From Octopus bimaculoides (Eukaryota): 64,000 nt of DNA. This document shows positions 1 to 11,130 of the stretch, in pieces (the first letter of the stretch is position 1; each line of letters begins with the position of its first letter). Under the pieces are notes generated by a model. It was not told where the DNA came from. It searched no databases and saw only the letters and a list, made by a program, of their open reading frames with translations. The stretch is from positions 37,016,807 through 37,080,806 of the forward strand of contig NC_068983.1 of NCBI RefSeq assembly GCF_001194135.2, in the 5' to 3' direction. Both the position numbers and the translations under genes were made by a program.

Positions 1-247
1 CCCTGCTTCTCACATGGACAACTGTATGTTGGCTGCTCAAGAGTGGGCAGCAAAAAAAACCTATTTGCATATGCTCCACATGGGAAAACAAGGAACATTG
101 TTTACAACGAGGTGTTATAATCACAACAGCAAGAAAGTATGTACATGATTACCTTCTTTTACGAAACTTCATTGACTTTCATATATTTATATTGATATAC
201 ATATATATACGTGTGTTTGGGTGCGTGTGTGTGCGTGTATATATATA

Positions 248-938
248 TCTCTATATATAAAGATGAGAATGTGTGTCTGTCTGTCTATGTGTCTGTGTGA
301 ATCCCTAAAACTCGAGAACTACACAACTCTCTTTTACAAACCCAGTGAAAATACATATATTTCATATGTCAAAGAAATTCAAGCAATACATATAACACCA
401 AAGTTAAAAACATTCCCAACAATTCCACAATCCCCAACCTCCAGAGCTATTGAAGAAACTGTTATCATCAACTGACCAAGATTCCTAACATTTGCAAAAC
501 AAAATTAGACAATACGATGCTGTACTACAGATGACATCATTTAGAACCACAAGAGACTTAACTGAGGCAGCATTCATCCAAACTCTCAAGATCCAACCTC
601 AGATTTATCATCGCATTGTCTCTCTACTACCTCTGTCAAATGAATCACCAAAATTGGCCTTTCATTATTTATAATCTGTACCTGTTTGTTTCGTTACGAA
701 ATAAAATACACAAAACGTGTTTCTGAATTACGTGTATTTACTTTATATACATATGAGTTGAAAACTTTCTTCTAGCATTCCACTTAATATCTATGTTCCA
801 TGCTGGCATGGATTGGAGAGTTATTAATGTAGAAATATGGTATCGTAGCTACTAACAGTTGAGGGTTGCGTAGTCTAGACGGCGTTTTTAGAGTTCATTA
901 TTCTCTTTAACCCGGGCAACGCCAGGTATTTCTGCTAG
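248..938 (+). mobile_element. Non-autonomous Helitron-like element
   Basis: 5' A|TCTCTATATATAAAG at 247-262. 3' GC-rich hairpin CCCGGGCAACGCCAGG (911-926) followed by CTAG|T (935-939). These are canonical Helitron termini inserted between A and T. Confidence 0.65.
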
Positions 939-1139
939 TTTACAATAAAATGAAACAGATTTAAAGACCGTAGATGACAGTAAATGAGAGATTTATGAAT
1001 CGACTGGGAAGACAGTAAAAGATGCCTTTAAAACAGAGTGGCATCAAAGCTGCATTTTTATTAAACTGTAAAAGAACTGGGATTTTTTAAGATTGTAATA
1101 TTCATTTTAGACTGGACAGAAAGGTTGCTGATGTAAATG

Positions 1140-1780
1140 TTCGATATATATGTGTATCTTCGTCTTGGTCTTAATTCTTCTCACTTCCCATGGTGCACTG
1201 GGCATCAAGAGTTCTCACAAACGATGTCGGTTTCCTCCTGCCAGGGCAGGCTTTTATCTTCAAGGCCCTCACAGTGGTCAATCAGGTCTTGACAATACTA
1301 CCTCGTCTCCTACGTCCCTTTTCCAGCTTCCATTCGAGGTACTCTCTCGCTGGTCTTTTCAAGAGCAGGCGTGACGCATGGCCGAACATCTGCCGTCTGA
1401 CGGTGATGTTACCGCGTAGGTTACTCACTTCGGCCCCTCATGAGTTCTTCACACACTCACATACATTACTCGATTTCGAGTAATGCCATTGCTTTCTTAA
1501 GCACGAGCAGCATGGATGTGGCAGTGATAGGTATCTCTTGCATCAAATGTTCAGAGAGTAACCATCCACACTAACACATGCCTTCATTCCATCATGACTT
1601 AATCTAGAGTAAGAACACCACCACCCGGTCCTGGGGTGCCTTTAGCAGAGTCTCCTGAGTTGTAAGTATTTAGGCCACGTCTCCGAACTAAGAATAACTT
1701 CCTTTCCTCATGTCACCACTCTTGGAGGAAGTCTATCCTTGGACTTTACAAATATTCCAAAACAAAATGGTTGTCTTTTT
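1140..1780 (-). mobile_element. Decayed RTE-clade LINE, 3' part of ORF
   Basis: Minus-strand translation gives ILSSETW (cf. LLYGSETW) and RPAREYLEWKLEKGRRRRGSIVKT*LTTV (cf. the RTE C-terminal GKRPRGRP..RW motif), with stops and frameshifts. Confidence 0.65.
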
Positions 1781-2139
1781 TTTTTTTTTAAAGATGGAAA
1801 GATGTTGCTCAAAGAGGAGGGACAGGTAAGACTTGTTATTTAAATGGTGTTTAGTCGCAAGTCAACCCTGGCTGAGCAGACCTATGATCAAATATTTTTC
1901 CAGCTGTCTTGTACATTTATGACTACAATGTGTCCTTTTTTTCAAGAGTGACGTAAAATTTGAGGTAATACTGCTGCTGTTTCTAGCAGGTTGAAGGAGA
2001 ATCAAAAAGACATCTTGTTGCTTCTTATTATAGACTGTTGTTTTCTAGTTCCAGGACTGTCCTACTCCAGCGAGCGTACATATGATCAAAGACATTCCAT
2101 TTGTGATCATCTAGTCTTATTTTCTAGTGTATCTAGAAC

Positions 2140-2344
2140 TATTGGGTTGTCCCGAAAGTTCGTGCCGATTTTTAAAGGGAAGAAAAAGGTCAATAAATAC
2201 TTGCCATTACATTTTTAATCAACCAAATGTAAACCATTTTGTTGCACAAAATACCCTCTTCTCAGAATTGAGGTGGTTTCATGGCAAATAAGTCGAAAGG
2301 TAAGCTACTATAAATCGGGCACGAACTTTCCGGACAACCCAATA
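2140..2344. mobile_element. Tc1/mariner-type MITE
   Basis: About 30-bp TIRs TTGGGTTGTCCCGAAAGTTCGTGCCGATTT / AAATCGGGCACGAACTTTCCGGACAACCCAA, flanked by TA at 2140-2141 and 2343-2344. No coding capacity. Confidence 0.85.
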
Positions 2345-2900
2345 CATTATCCAATGCATTCAGTCTTATTTACGACGATAGAGTGTAATTTGAAAGAGAG
2401 CTGGCTGCTATTTCTAGCAGGTCATGCGACCACTCAGAAACCTTCTTTAGTTCTTAACTCTTTACCAGTTCAAAGCATTTCCATAAATTTGTCCTGAACA
2501 TTAGACATTAAATCTATTATTTATGAATATTAAATCTAATATCAAACTTGGGTGGATACATTATTTGGGCGGATGAAAGAGTAATTCTGTTTTACTGTTT
2601 TAACGTGAAGACATATTCCGGGAGTTGGAATGGAACGCTGAGATTATGTTTGAAACGCTGATATTTTACTGTTTGTCTTTGGTTTTAGTTATGTATTCTT
2701 CTTATGTGGATATTTACATGAAAGAACCAGTGAACACAAGAAGCCAGTGAAAATATGTATTTGAATGTCTTAAGAAAACGCTATGATTACTAGGAAATTC
2801 CAATAATAACATTAAGAAATTGGTATACAATTTTAACCAAAAGAAAGAGAAAATGTATTTTAGAAACTGAACATTCTGAAATCGCGATATTATTTGTAAG

Positions 2901-3782
2901 ATGGTATTGTTCAAAAGTTCTTTCTTGCCGATAATCCTTTGTGCATTTGCTGCTGTAAGCTTCGGTTTCGCCAAAGTTTTAATCTTAATCTTTTCGATAC
3001 TTTTTTTGAAAGATGCCACACAGACATTTAAGAAATATTTCAAAGCAACTGAACCAGTCAGAGGCATGATACGTCATATGTTATTTAGAATTATTTGGTA
3101 TTGCCAGGCTAAGATTAACGGGGAAGTGTTCAAACACAAAGCTCTCCAATGTGCTCAGATTGAATGTTCGCCTATATTAACTATAGATAATAATCTGAGG
3201 AAGAGTGGCTTTGACGATAATATAATAGATACATACATGGACATTTTAATTAATACTTACGGTGAAGGAAATGAAAAAATGAAGTTAATACCGACCCGAA
3301 CCATAACTGATATTGCTAAAGGTAATTATTGTCCCGAATTTAATGAAAACTTAGCGATTTATAATATGCTGTTTGGTATCATCCAAATGAGACAGCATTC
3401 CGCTTTGATAGTCATCTCGATCGAAGAGAAATATATTGTTTACTTTGATCCATGTATTCACGAGATGGATAAATGCAGCAAAAGATACATCAACAAATGT
3501 TTGGAATTTTTGAAGAATGACCGTAAGTTGAAAAAAATTCATTGGAAGATTTACAAATTGGAAAATGGCCCTGAAAAGTTTTCTCGTGAAATTGAATGCG
3601 ATGTTGCTGTGATGGCTTTTGCAGAATGCTTACTACGGAACACAGGTCCTTTCATTATTAGTCCACCTTTTCTAAGAAATGAAAAAAATAAAATTCTAAA
3701 CGCTGTCTCGGCACATGTCCTCTGTGCCAATAATCAATCAGCGGAAACATATCCAAAGAGATTATCTTTTAAACTAGTGTGA
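2901..3782 (+). CDS. Divergent SENP/Ulp1-family (peptidase C48, CE clan) protease-like protein, 293 aa, hydrophobic N-terminus
   Basis: Uninterrupted 882-nt ORF with an in-frame stop upstream at 2877-2879. [13 protein letters not shown] ~ [33 protein letters not shown] ~ [33 protein letters not shown] ~ DCGMFACKYADCI. Triad H166/D183/C233 with the SENP His-Asp spacing of 17. The true 5' end is uncertain (acceptor-like sites at 2900, 3012, 3023). Confidence 0.75.
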   Translation: [293 protein letters not shown]

Positions 3783-4586
3783 AACTAGATTAAGACTTCA
3801 GCAACTGCATGTTTTATTAATTGCTAATGAGAGAAGGAAAGCATAATATTATTAACAGGTTGTGTTGTGGGGTCTTGACTCTCGCAATAATGAGTGAAAT
3901 GAATAATTGTGGAACTTTAAGAAACTTCTTTTTTCTTTAATACTTACCGAATCTGGACGAAAGGACAGTGGTCATGATTTTTGAGATCAGTGAGTTTGAT
4001 GCGTTAATGTAATGTTTGAACTTTTTTCAAGTTAATACCTGTAGGAAAGGCATAAGCAGTACTGTGGGGACGGGGAGATTCTCGAAGGCCGATGTTCTAG
4101 GGCAGTCAAACTGGTCTTAGGGGGTTTGTGTGGAATTGCACACAATAAAAATGACTGGAGATGGGGTGATGGAAGGTGGAGACGAGTAGGTCGGGGGCAC
4201 AAGAAAAGTCAGTTTGAAAGAATAGAGACCATTATAGTAATGCTAAAAAGACGGGAATGATAGTATACGAGTGGACCAGAGGCTGGAGCGAATCTGTGAG
4301 TGGTTTGACGTCACAGCAGTTAAGTGGCTCTTTTGTGGAAGCGGTTCAGAATGTCTATGTGCGTAGCAGAAACACTGTTCCTGATGTGGAAATATAATCT
4401 TAGATATGGCCCTCACTTGTATTTGGCAAGGGCCAGTAATTGTCGGGAGTTGAAGAGTTGCAGTTTAGTAAATTATAAGAATGTGAGGTGAGGAGTGAAG
4501 GTCATTTTTACTACTTTGTCCCAGGTCAGACCAATGAGCAAAGATGTTCCAACCACCTCCATCGTGTCTTTTTGTTATATCTGGGA

Positions 4587-4840
4587 CTACGGTTCTCAAC
4601 CATTTTTTTTTGCCTATGGACCCTTTGATTTCAATTGAACGTGGATGGACCCTCGTAACCATTTGATATTTAAAAATCTTCTTATATATTCATAATTAGA
4701 TATTATTAGGAATTGTATAAAAAATTTGTTAAAATATTTTGTGTATTGTAGAAGTATAACCAATTTATTGCACATAATTTTTAACAACAAAATATTATAC
4801 GAACCCCACGGGCCATATGGACCTCGGTTGAGAACCATTG
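4587..4840. mobile_element. hAT (Charlie-like) MITE, old
   Basis: TIR-like ends CTACGGTTCTCAACC (4587-4601) and GGTTGAGAACCATTG (4826-4840), resembling CAGTGGTTCTCAACC. No 8-bp TSD is retained. Confidence 0.55.
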
Positions 4841-6399
4841 CTCAATATGTAAGACAACTGTGTGATTTAAGGAAGACGNNNNNNNNNNTTTCTTCTGGTC
4901 GCACGGCTTTGTAAAGGCTCCTTTGTTGGTTCGTGGGAGTGTGAATGAAGTTAGTACCCATGGTAGAAGTTTCAAGTGTGAAGAAATATTCAGTTGTAAG
5001 GTTTTGAGGAAAGCAGTAATGGACAGAAGTTGAGAGGCAGGCGGCACATGTTGGTTAGAGCAATGGTTTATGTTTTTGTGCTGTTTCATAAGCGTGGTGG
5101 ATGACAGCATTTATAAAGTGACGAACAAAATGTATTGAGATATTCAGTTACATGTCTTCAATTCAGTTCTGTGCGTTTTGAGTTCACATCCTGCCGTGGA
5201 CAACTTTGATTTCATCCTTCTGGAGTTGATGCAAAAGTGTCAATCCAGAATGGTGGATTAGCGGAACAGTAAGAACGTCTGACCAGGTGCCGTGTGGTAT
5301 TTATGCGGAAGTTGGCGTCCTGAGTTCAAACCCGTCATGGCTCACCTGGAAAGTAAACCCAATCCATCTCCCTGTTTAACAACAACAGCTGGCACTTTGG
5401 ATGCATTCAGAGGAATTTACTCTGTTGCAGACATTCGGTTCAGGCTTCTGGTTTAAGGATACCATCTTCCACCAAACCCCTCTCCTAAAAGTCTCAGAGG
5501 CTGTTTAAAGGGTCATGGGTATTGTCCTTCCCGTAAATTTATAGAACACCCTTCTTGATTTCAATGGCTAGTAATTATTTTTCCTGGTTTTTTTTTTCCC
5601 CTTCAGTATCAACTAACCTAATCTCTCAACATGTCGCAAAGGACTTTTCTCCTGGAAAATGGAGGGAAGCAGCAATTACCCCTTCACGGAATTTTCTATA
5701 CCATTTTTTTCCATGTGTTATCAACGAATATGACCTCCGAATATCAGTCCTTTGTTCAGAAGTCAGATTAGTTGATAGCACACGACAAAACCGTGGAAAA
5801 ATAATTATTTCCCACTGAAATCGAGAATGGTGTTTTTTCTATAAATTAACCCCCTTTCTCTCCAAACTAAAAGATTAAAAAAGAATTAAAAAACGAAAAA
5901 GAAAATGGGATGAACATATCTATCGAGATATTTCGACATGTAGATGGGAAATATATATACTCTGACCTTGTATTTCCCAAACAGAAAAATGACCGTATTT
6001 TCTAGCAAACAAGTCTACTTAATATCTAGTGTAAACATCTTTGGTATCTTTACAAATTCTGCTGCATTTCACTTGGAAATTTTTGGTTCTCCAAATTCGT
6101 GTTAGTGTATAAGTCGACCTACCTTTTCTTTTTGGCAGTAAATTTTAGTCTGAAAAATTCGACTTGTATCCCGGAAAATACGCTATCCGATTTATGCATT
6201 TTTCTTTTTCAATGTTTTATTACTGTGTTGTGGCGCTACTATTTTTGTGTCCATTTATTTTTATACCTATCTGCTTATTTTTGTTGACACCATTGTAAGA
6301 ACGTGTATGTGCGCACGCGCGAGCGTTTTGTTGATGTGTATTTGTGGTTTGTGCGAGCGGGATTAACTTTAGTTGCAGTTAGTCTTCATTCTTATATCG

Positions 6400-6800
6400 C
6401 TGTATTATTGCGATGGCGGTGGTGATGTAGTTTTTGTAAGTCCGTTGTTGCTCCAACCATTCTTGCTACTGTGTGAGGATCAGTATATGTTTCCAGCACG
6501 TACGCCATCCTTGCAACTTGCTGTTATGTAAGATCTTGTAGACGAGTAGAATTTTTTTTAATTTCAACATTGTTCATTGATCCAATGTGTTCCTGTATGG
6601 CATGCTGAAAGAGTGGGGATACATGTTTCTTTTCACCGTATTCATACCAATGATCTCGATCTTTTCACCTACACTGCAAATCGTTTCTCCTATATACATT
6701 ACGGTATTGTTCTTATACTGTCCTTCCATGCATTTCATGTGGTACAGAGCATAATTCTGCAGCTTATCTGTGGATTAGTTGTCCACACTCTGAAGTTGTT
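6400..6800 (-). mobile_element. Penelope-like GIY-YIG endonuclease remnant
   Basis: Frameshifted minus-strand translation NYALYHMKCMEGQYKNNTVMYIGET...RDHW...SPLFQHAIQEH...ARMAYVLETYTDP follows the GIY-YIG layout (Y..YIGET..R..EH..H..EA.I..P). Confidence 0.6.
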
Positions 6801-7819
6801 GTCATTAGGTTGGGTTTTTTTTTCTAAATGGGTTTGATTAACATCATAATGACTTGAAAGATTTACTTGATAGATCTTCCTGTTTCTCTATATCGGATAA
6901 TGCTCTTTTAAATTTGTGAATCAGCCCATTTCTAGATTTCAAACATTACACTTTGGGATTTGCTGTTGTTGTTGTTGTTGCCTTATCACGAATCTTCCTT
7001 GCTTAGTTTCCCCACCCACATTTTTTAGATAAATACGAAAACTGCAAAAACAACACAGTAACATGACACACTCACATGCTTGACACTATAACATACAGAG
7101 AAAATAAAATGGAGAATTTGAAATTGTTGAAAAGGTCACAGAAGCGTGATGAAAATTTTATGACAATTTAATTAATATAACTAAAAGTGAAGTGAAATAC
7201 AATCAGTGTCTCTGTTTATTGGTAGTATGACCCTCCCAAAATACAACAATATGTTACATCACACGATTTCAAGCCAAACTTCTTACAAAACAAATTCAAG
7301 TATAAGAGGTGAAGCTGCATGGCGACTGAACTTGTTTTATCTTCTGAACAATCCCCCACTTATGTTTTCCAGTCAGCTACAGCAACTCTCTCGCTTACAT
7401 TGGTTTCTCTTCATAACTACTACAACTTGTATAACATTTTACCAACAGAATGAAACAACAACAATGGTGTACAACCAATGCATTAGAACCATGATAGACA
7501 ATGTCAATCCCACCTGTCATTCTTAGAATGACATGATAGGGTAGGTGTGAAAGGTTAGATCCGGTCGGTTTTAACATAAAACAGGTAGCATATTTAGGCC
7601 AGATTAAGTGCTAAACTAATATTAGTTTGCAGTTCCATGTCATATACTGAAGTTTAAGTTGACCAAGGGACACAACTCCACTGTAATCTCTTACAGGTAA
7701 TGATCATACATAAACTAAATGTTAGAAAATAAGCATTTTTTAAAAATATTTACTTTTTTCTTTAATACAAGTCAAAAATTGTTGCAAATTCTGTATTTTT
7801 AATGTCAACACCTTACCTC

Positions 7820-8035
7820 TCTTTTACTTGTTTCAGTCATTTGACTGTGGCCATGCTGGAGCACCGGCTTTAGTCGAGCAAATCGACTCCAGGACTTATT
7901 TTTTGTAAGCCTAGTACTTATTCTATCAGTCTCTTTTGCCAAACTGCAAAGTTATGGGGACGTAAACACACCAATATCCGTTGTTGAGTGATGTTGGGGG
8001 GACAAACACAGACACACAAACATATACATATATAT
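7820..8035 (-). mobile_element. SINE family A (tRNA head, central microsatellite), 3' half
   Basis: Reverse complement of the 3' half of the full copy at 28104-28530 (TTTTACTTGTTTCAGTCATTTGACTGTGGCCATGCTGGAGCACC...). Confidence 0.85.
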
Positions 8036-8734
8036 AGTTAAAAAAAACACAAAAAACAATAACAAAAAAACAACAATAAGATCAATGGGGGATACTGAAG
8101 CAAACTTTTTAACCCCACATCCTGCACCATTTTATTTTATTTCTTTTAATCATAAAAATTTGATTCCTATATCTAAAAAATTTAATCTTGCTGTGTACTG
8201 AATCATAAAACCATGAACAAATATTCCATATTTCTCCACAGCAGGAGAAAGGCCTGAAATCTGGGACGAGAGGAGTTAGTCATTAAAATAACCCCCTCAT
8301 TACTTAACTGCTATTTTATTTAATGGCCCCAAAAGAATGAAAGGCACAGATGAACTTTGATGGTTTTGAACCCAGAATGTGAAAATCTGCAACAAAATAC
8401 TGCAAGGCATTTTGTCCAAAGCTATGTTTCTACTTACTGCCTTAATGGCCTCAAATTTTGGCGCACGGCCAGCAATTTTGAGGGGAAAAGGGCTAGCAAC
8501 TTACATTGAACCCAGTACTTCACTAGTACTTATTTTACTGATAAAAAGCAAAGTTGACCTCAGCAGGATCTGGATTCAGAATATGAAGAACTGGAAGAAA
8601 TACCACTAAATAATTTGTAAGATGCCACCCAGTCCCGTCTGTAAAGTGGTTGGTGTTAGGAGCAGCATCCAGTTGTATAAACCATGCCAAAACAGACCTC
8701 ACTAGTGCTGGTGTCACATGCTAAGCACCTAGTC

Positions 8735-8903
8735 CAATCTGTAAAGTGGCTGGCATTAGGAAGGGCATCCAGTTGTAAAAACCATGCCAAAATACAGAGA
8801 AGCCTAATGCAGTCCTCTGGCTTGCCAGCTCCCGTTAAACTATCCAACCCAGGCCAACAGGGAAAACGGATGTTAAATGATGATCATGGTGATGATGATT
8901 CAT
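8735..8903 (+). mobile_element. RTE 3'-tail repeat, (GAT)n end
   Basis: GTGGCTGGCATTAGGAAGGGCATCCAG...GGATGTTAAATGATGAT, the same family as 51490-52100. A partial extra copy lies at about 8640-8700. Confidence 0.85.
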
Positions 8904-8931
8904 GATTCTGCTAGGGTGCCACCTCAATATT

Positions 8932-9215
8932 CATCATCATTGTTTAACGTCTGTTTTCCATGCTGGCATGGGTTGGATGGTTTGACTGAGGTCTAGAGAG
9001 CCAGCGGCTGCACCAGGCTCCTATCTGATCAGGCAATGTTTCTACAGCTGGATGCCCTTCCTAACACCAACCACTCCAAGAGTATAGTGAGTGCTTTTTA
9101 TGTGCCACCAGCATAGGAGCCAGTCAGGCGGGCCCGACATTGATCATGTTCAGATAGTGCTTTTTACATGCCACCAGCACAGGAGCCAAGTCAGCGGGCA
9201 CGGGCATCGGCCACA
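8932..9215 (-). mobile_element. RTE 3'-tail repeat
   Basis: TCATCATCATTGTTTAACGTCTGTTTTCCATGCTGGCATGGGTTGG...; inverted relative to 8735-8903. Confidence 0.85.
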
Positions 9216-9370
9216 ATCAAGTAAAATTCCTGAAGTAAGTGCCCAACCATAACCAGAGTTAAAACAAATGAAACTAATAAAAGAATATAAAAGAAAAAAA
9301 AAGTACGAAGTCAAAAATTTTGAAAGCAACTACATCAACCCCAGTATTACAATGATATTTATTATGTTGA

Positions 9371-9580
9371 AGGCAGCAAGCTGGCAGAGACAGCACACCG
9401 GGTGAAATGCTTAGCAGTATTTTGTTTGTCTTTACATTCTGTGTCCAAATTCCACCGAGGTTAACTTTGCCTTTCATCCTTTGGGGATCAATAAATTAAG
9501 TACCAGTTGCATACTGGGGTTGATCTAATCGACTGGATCCCTCCCCAAAAATTTTGGGCCTTGTGCCTAGAGTAGGAAAA
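9371..9580 (+). mobile_element. SINE family C (tRNA head, CORE-like CCTTTCATCCTTT..TAAATTAAGTACC segment)
   Basis: Head AGGCAGCAAGCTGGCAG...GTGTCCAAATTCC. Related copies at about 8240-8610(-), 9600-9690(-), 15135-15255(-), 26110-26240(-), 29251-29464(-), 48693-48980(+), 49660-49790(-). Confidence 0.75.
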
Positions 9581-10297
9581 ATATTTATTATGTTGAGCAT
9601 AGCAGATTTTTAACTCAGAACGTAAAGAGTTGGAAGAGTTGTCACTAAGCATTTTAGCCAGCATGCTAACATTACTGCCACCTCACCAGCTTTGCAAGGC
9701 ATACAGTAATAAGATTACATTAAGAACAGAATACTGATTGATGAAATATGATTTATTAAAATTTTTATTTAAATAAACTAGATTCCATGTACAAAGATCT
9801 TTTTTTTTTGTGTGTCTGTGTGTGTAACATGTAATCAGCTAATTTATATATTTTGAAATTTTGAAAAGTTTCTTACAAACTTTTCACTCAACTAATTAAA
9901 CACAGAAGATGCATATGAAAAATCCCAAAGTTTAAAATCACCATTCTGATATATATATATATATATATATATGCTGAACCCACTCACCAGAAGATATGCA
10001 GGTATACAGTAACTGTTGGATCATATTAATGCAATAATGTGAAAAATATGTGAAACACTCAGCAATTATCAACTGATACTAATACACAGAAACAATTGTA
10101 GCGATTTGGGTTAAAGCCTGTTCGTTTCATCTTCTTGTGTTATAATTGTTTTTGTATGAATTTTACAGATATTAACGGATTTTCACATGTGTGTTCAGTA
10201 CAAGAATTCCTGCTCTATATGATAGCATATGGTAGCCAATACCTATAGAGGAGCTTTGTAAAGTACACTATAAGGTTATTACCCAAATGATATTTTT

Positions 10298-10332
<35 letters not shown>

Positions 10333-10679
10333 CAGTGTTCCCCTGAAGAACTGCCATAGATCTGTATCCAAATGCATTGTGAAACCCACTGTAGAAGATG
10401 CAAATAGCCACAAAGGTGAAACATGCTACGGGAACAAAAGGGGTGTGTGTGTATTTTACAATCGTAATGAGATTTAGAAACACAGTCAATTTTTAGCTTT
10501 TGTATATTTTTATGTTAACACTTACAAAAAGAAGGGATAGTTCTCAAAATCCTTTTCTAAGGTCTCACAGATTGGTGAGTAACTTAACCTTAGACTGGGC
10601 CTAAATGCTTGCAACAAAGTCAGTCAAGAACCAAGCAGTGATATTAAACTGGGTGAGGGACTGAGTCTACCCCCAGAAA

Positions 10680-11130
10680 CAGCATGGGTTGAACGGTTTG
10701 ACTGGGGGACTGACAAGCCAGTAGGCTGCGCCAGGCTCCGATCTGATCTGGCAATGTTTCTACAGCTGGATGCTCTTCCTAACACCAACCATTCCGAGAG
10801 TGTAGTGGGTGCTTTTTACATGCCACCGGCACAGGAGCCAGTCAGGTGGCACTGGCATCGACCACATTCAGATGGTGCTTTTTGGCATAGGCAGCCAGTC
10901 AGGAGGCACTGACAACAACCCACGCTTGAATGATGCTCGTTACGTACCACTGGCATGGGTGCTAGTCATGCGGTACTGGCATTGGCCACAACTACAATTT
11001 CCGTTTTGATTTCAATCTGGATTTGCTTTTATATATATCATCATCATTTAACATCCGTTGTCCATGCTGGCATGGGTTGGACGGTTTGACTGGGCTGGCA
11101 TGCTGGAAGGCTGCACCAGACTCCAGGGTA
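10680..11130 (-). mobile_element. Two RTE 3'-tail repeat copies (10680-10990, 11039-11130)
   Basis: Shared CATGGGTTG(A/G)ACGGTTTGACTGG core and GTGGGTGCTTTTTACATGCCAC motif. Confidence 0.8.

Noticed and set aside
6397-6513. 38-aa minus-strand mini-ORF MAYVLETYTDPHTVARMVGATTDLQKLHHHRHRNNTAI with good Kozak context (coordinates approximate)
   Set aside because: It is the tail of the frameshifted Penelope GIY-YIG remnant, not an independent micropeptide.
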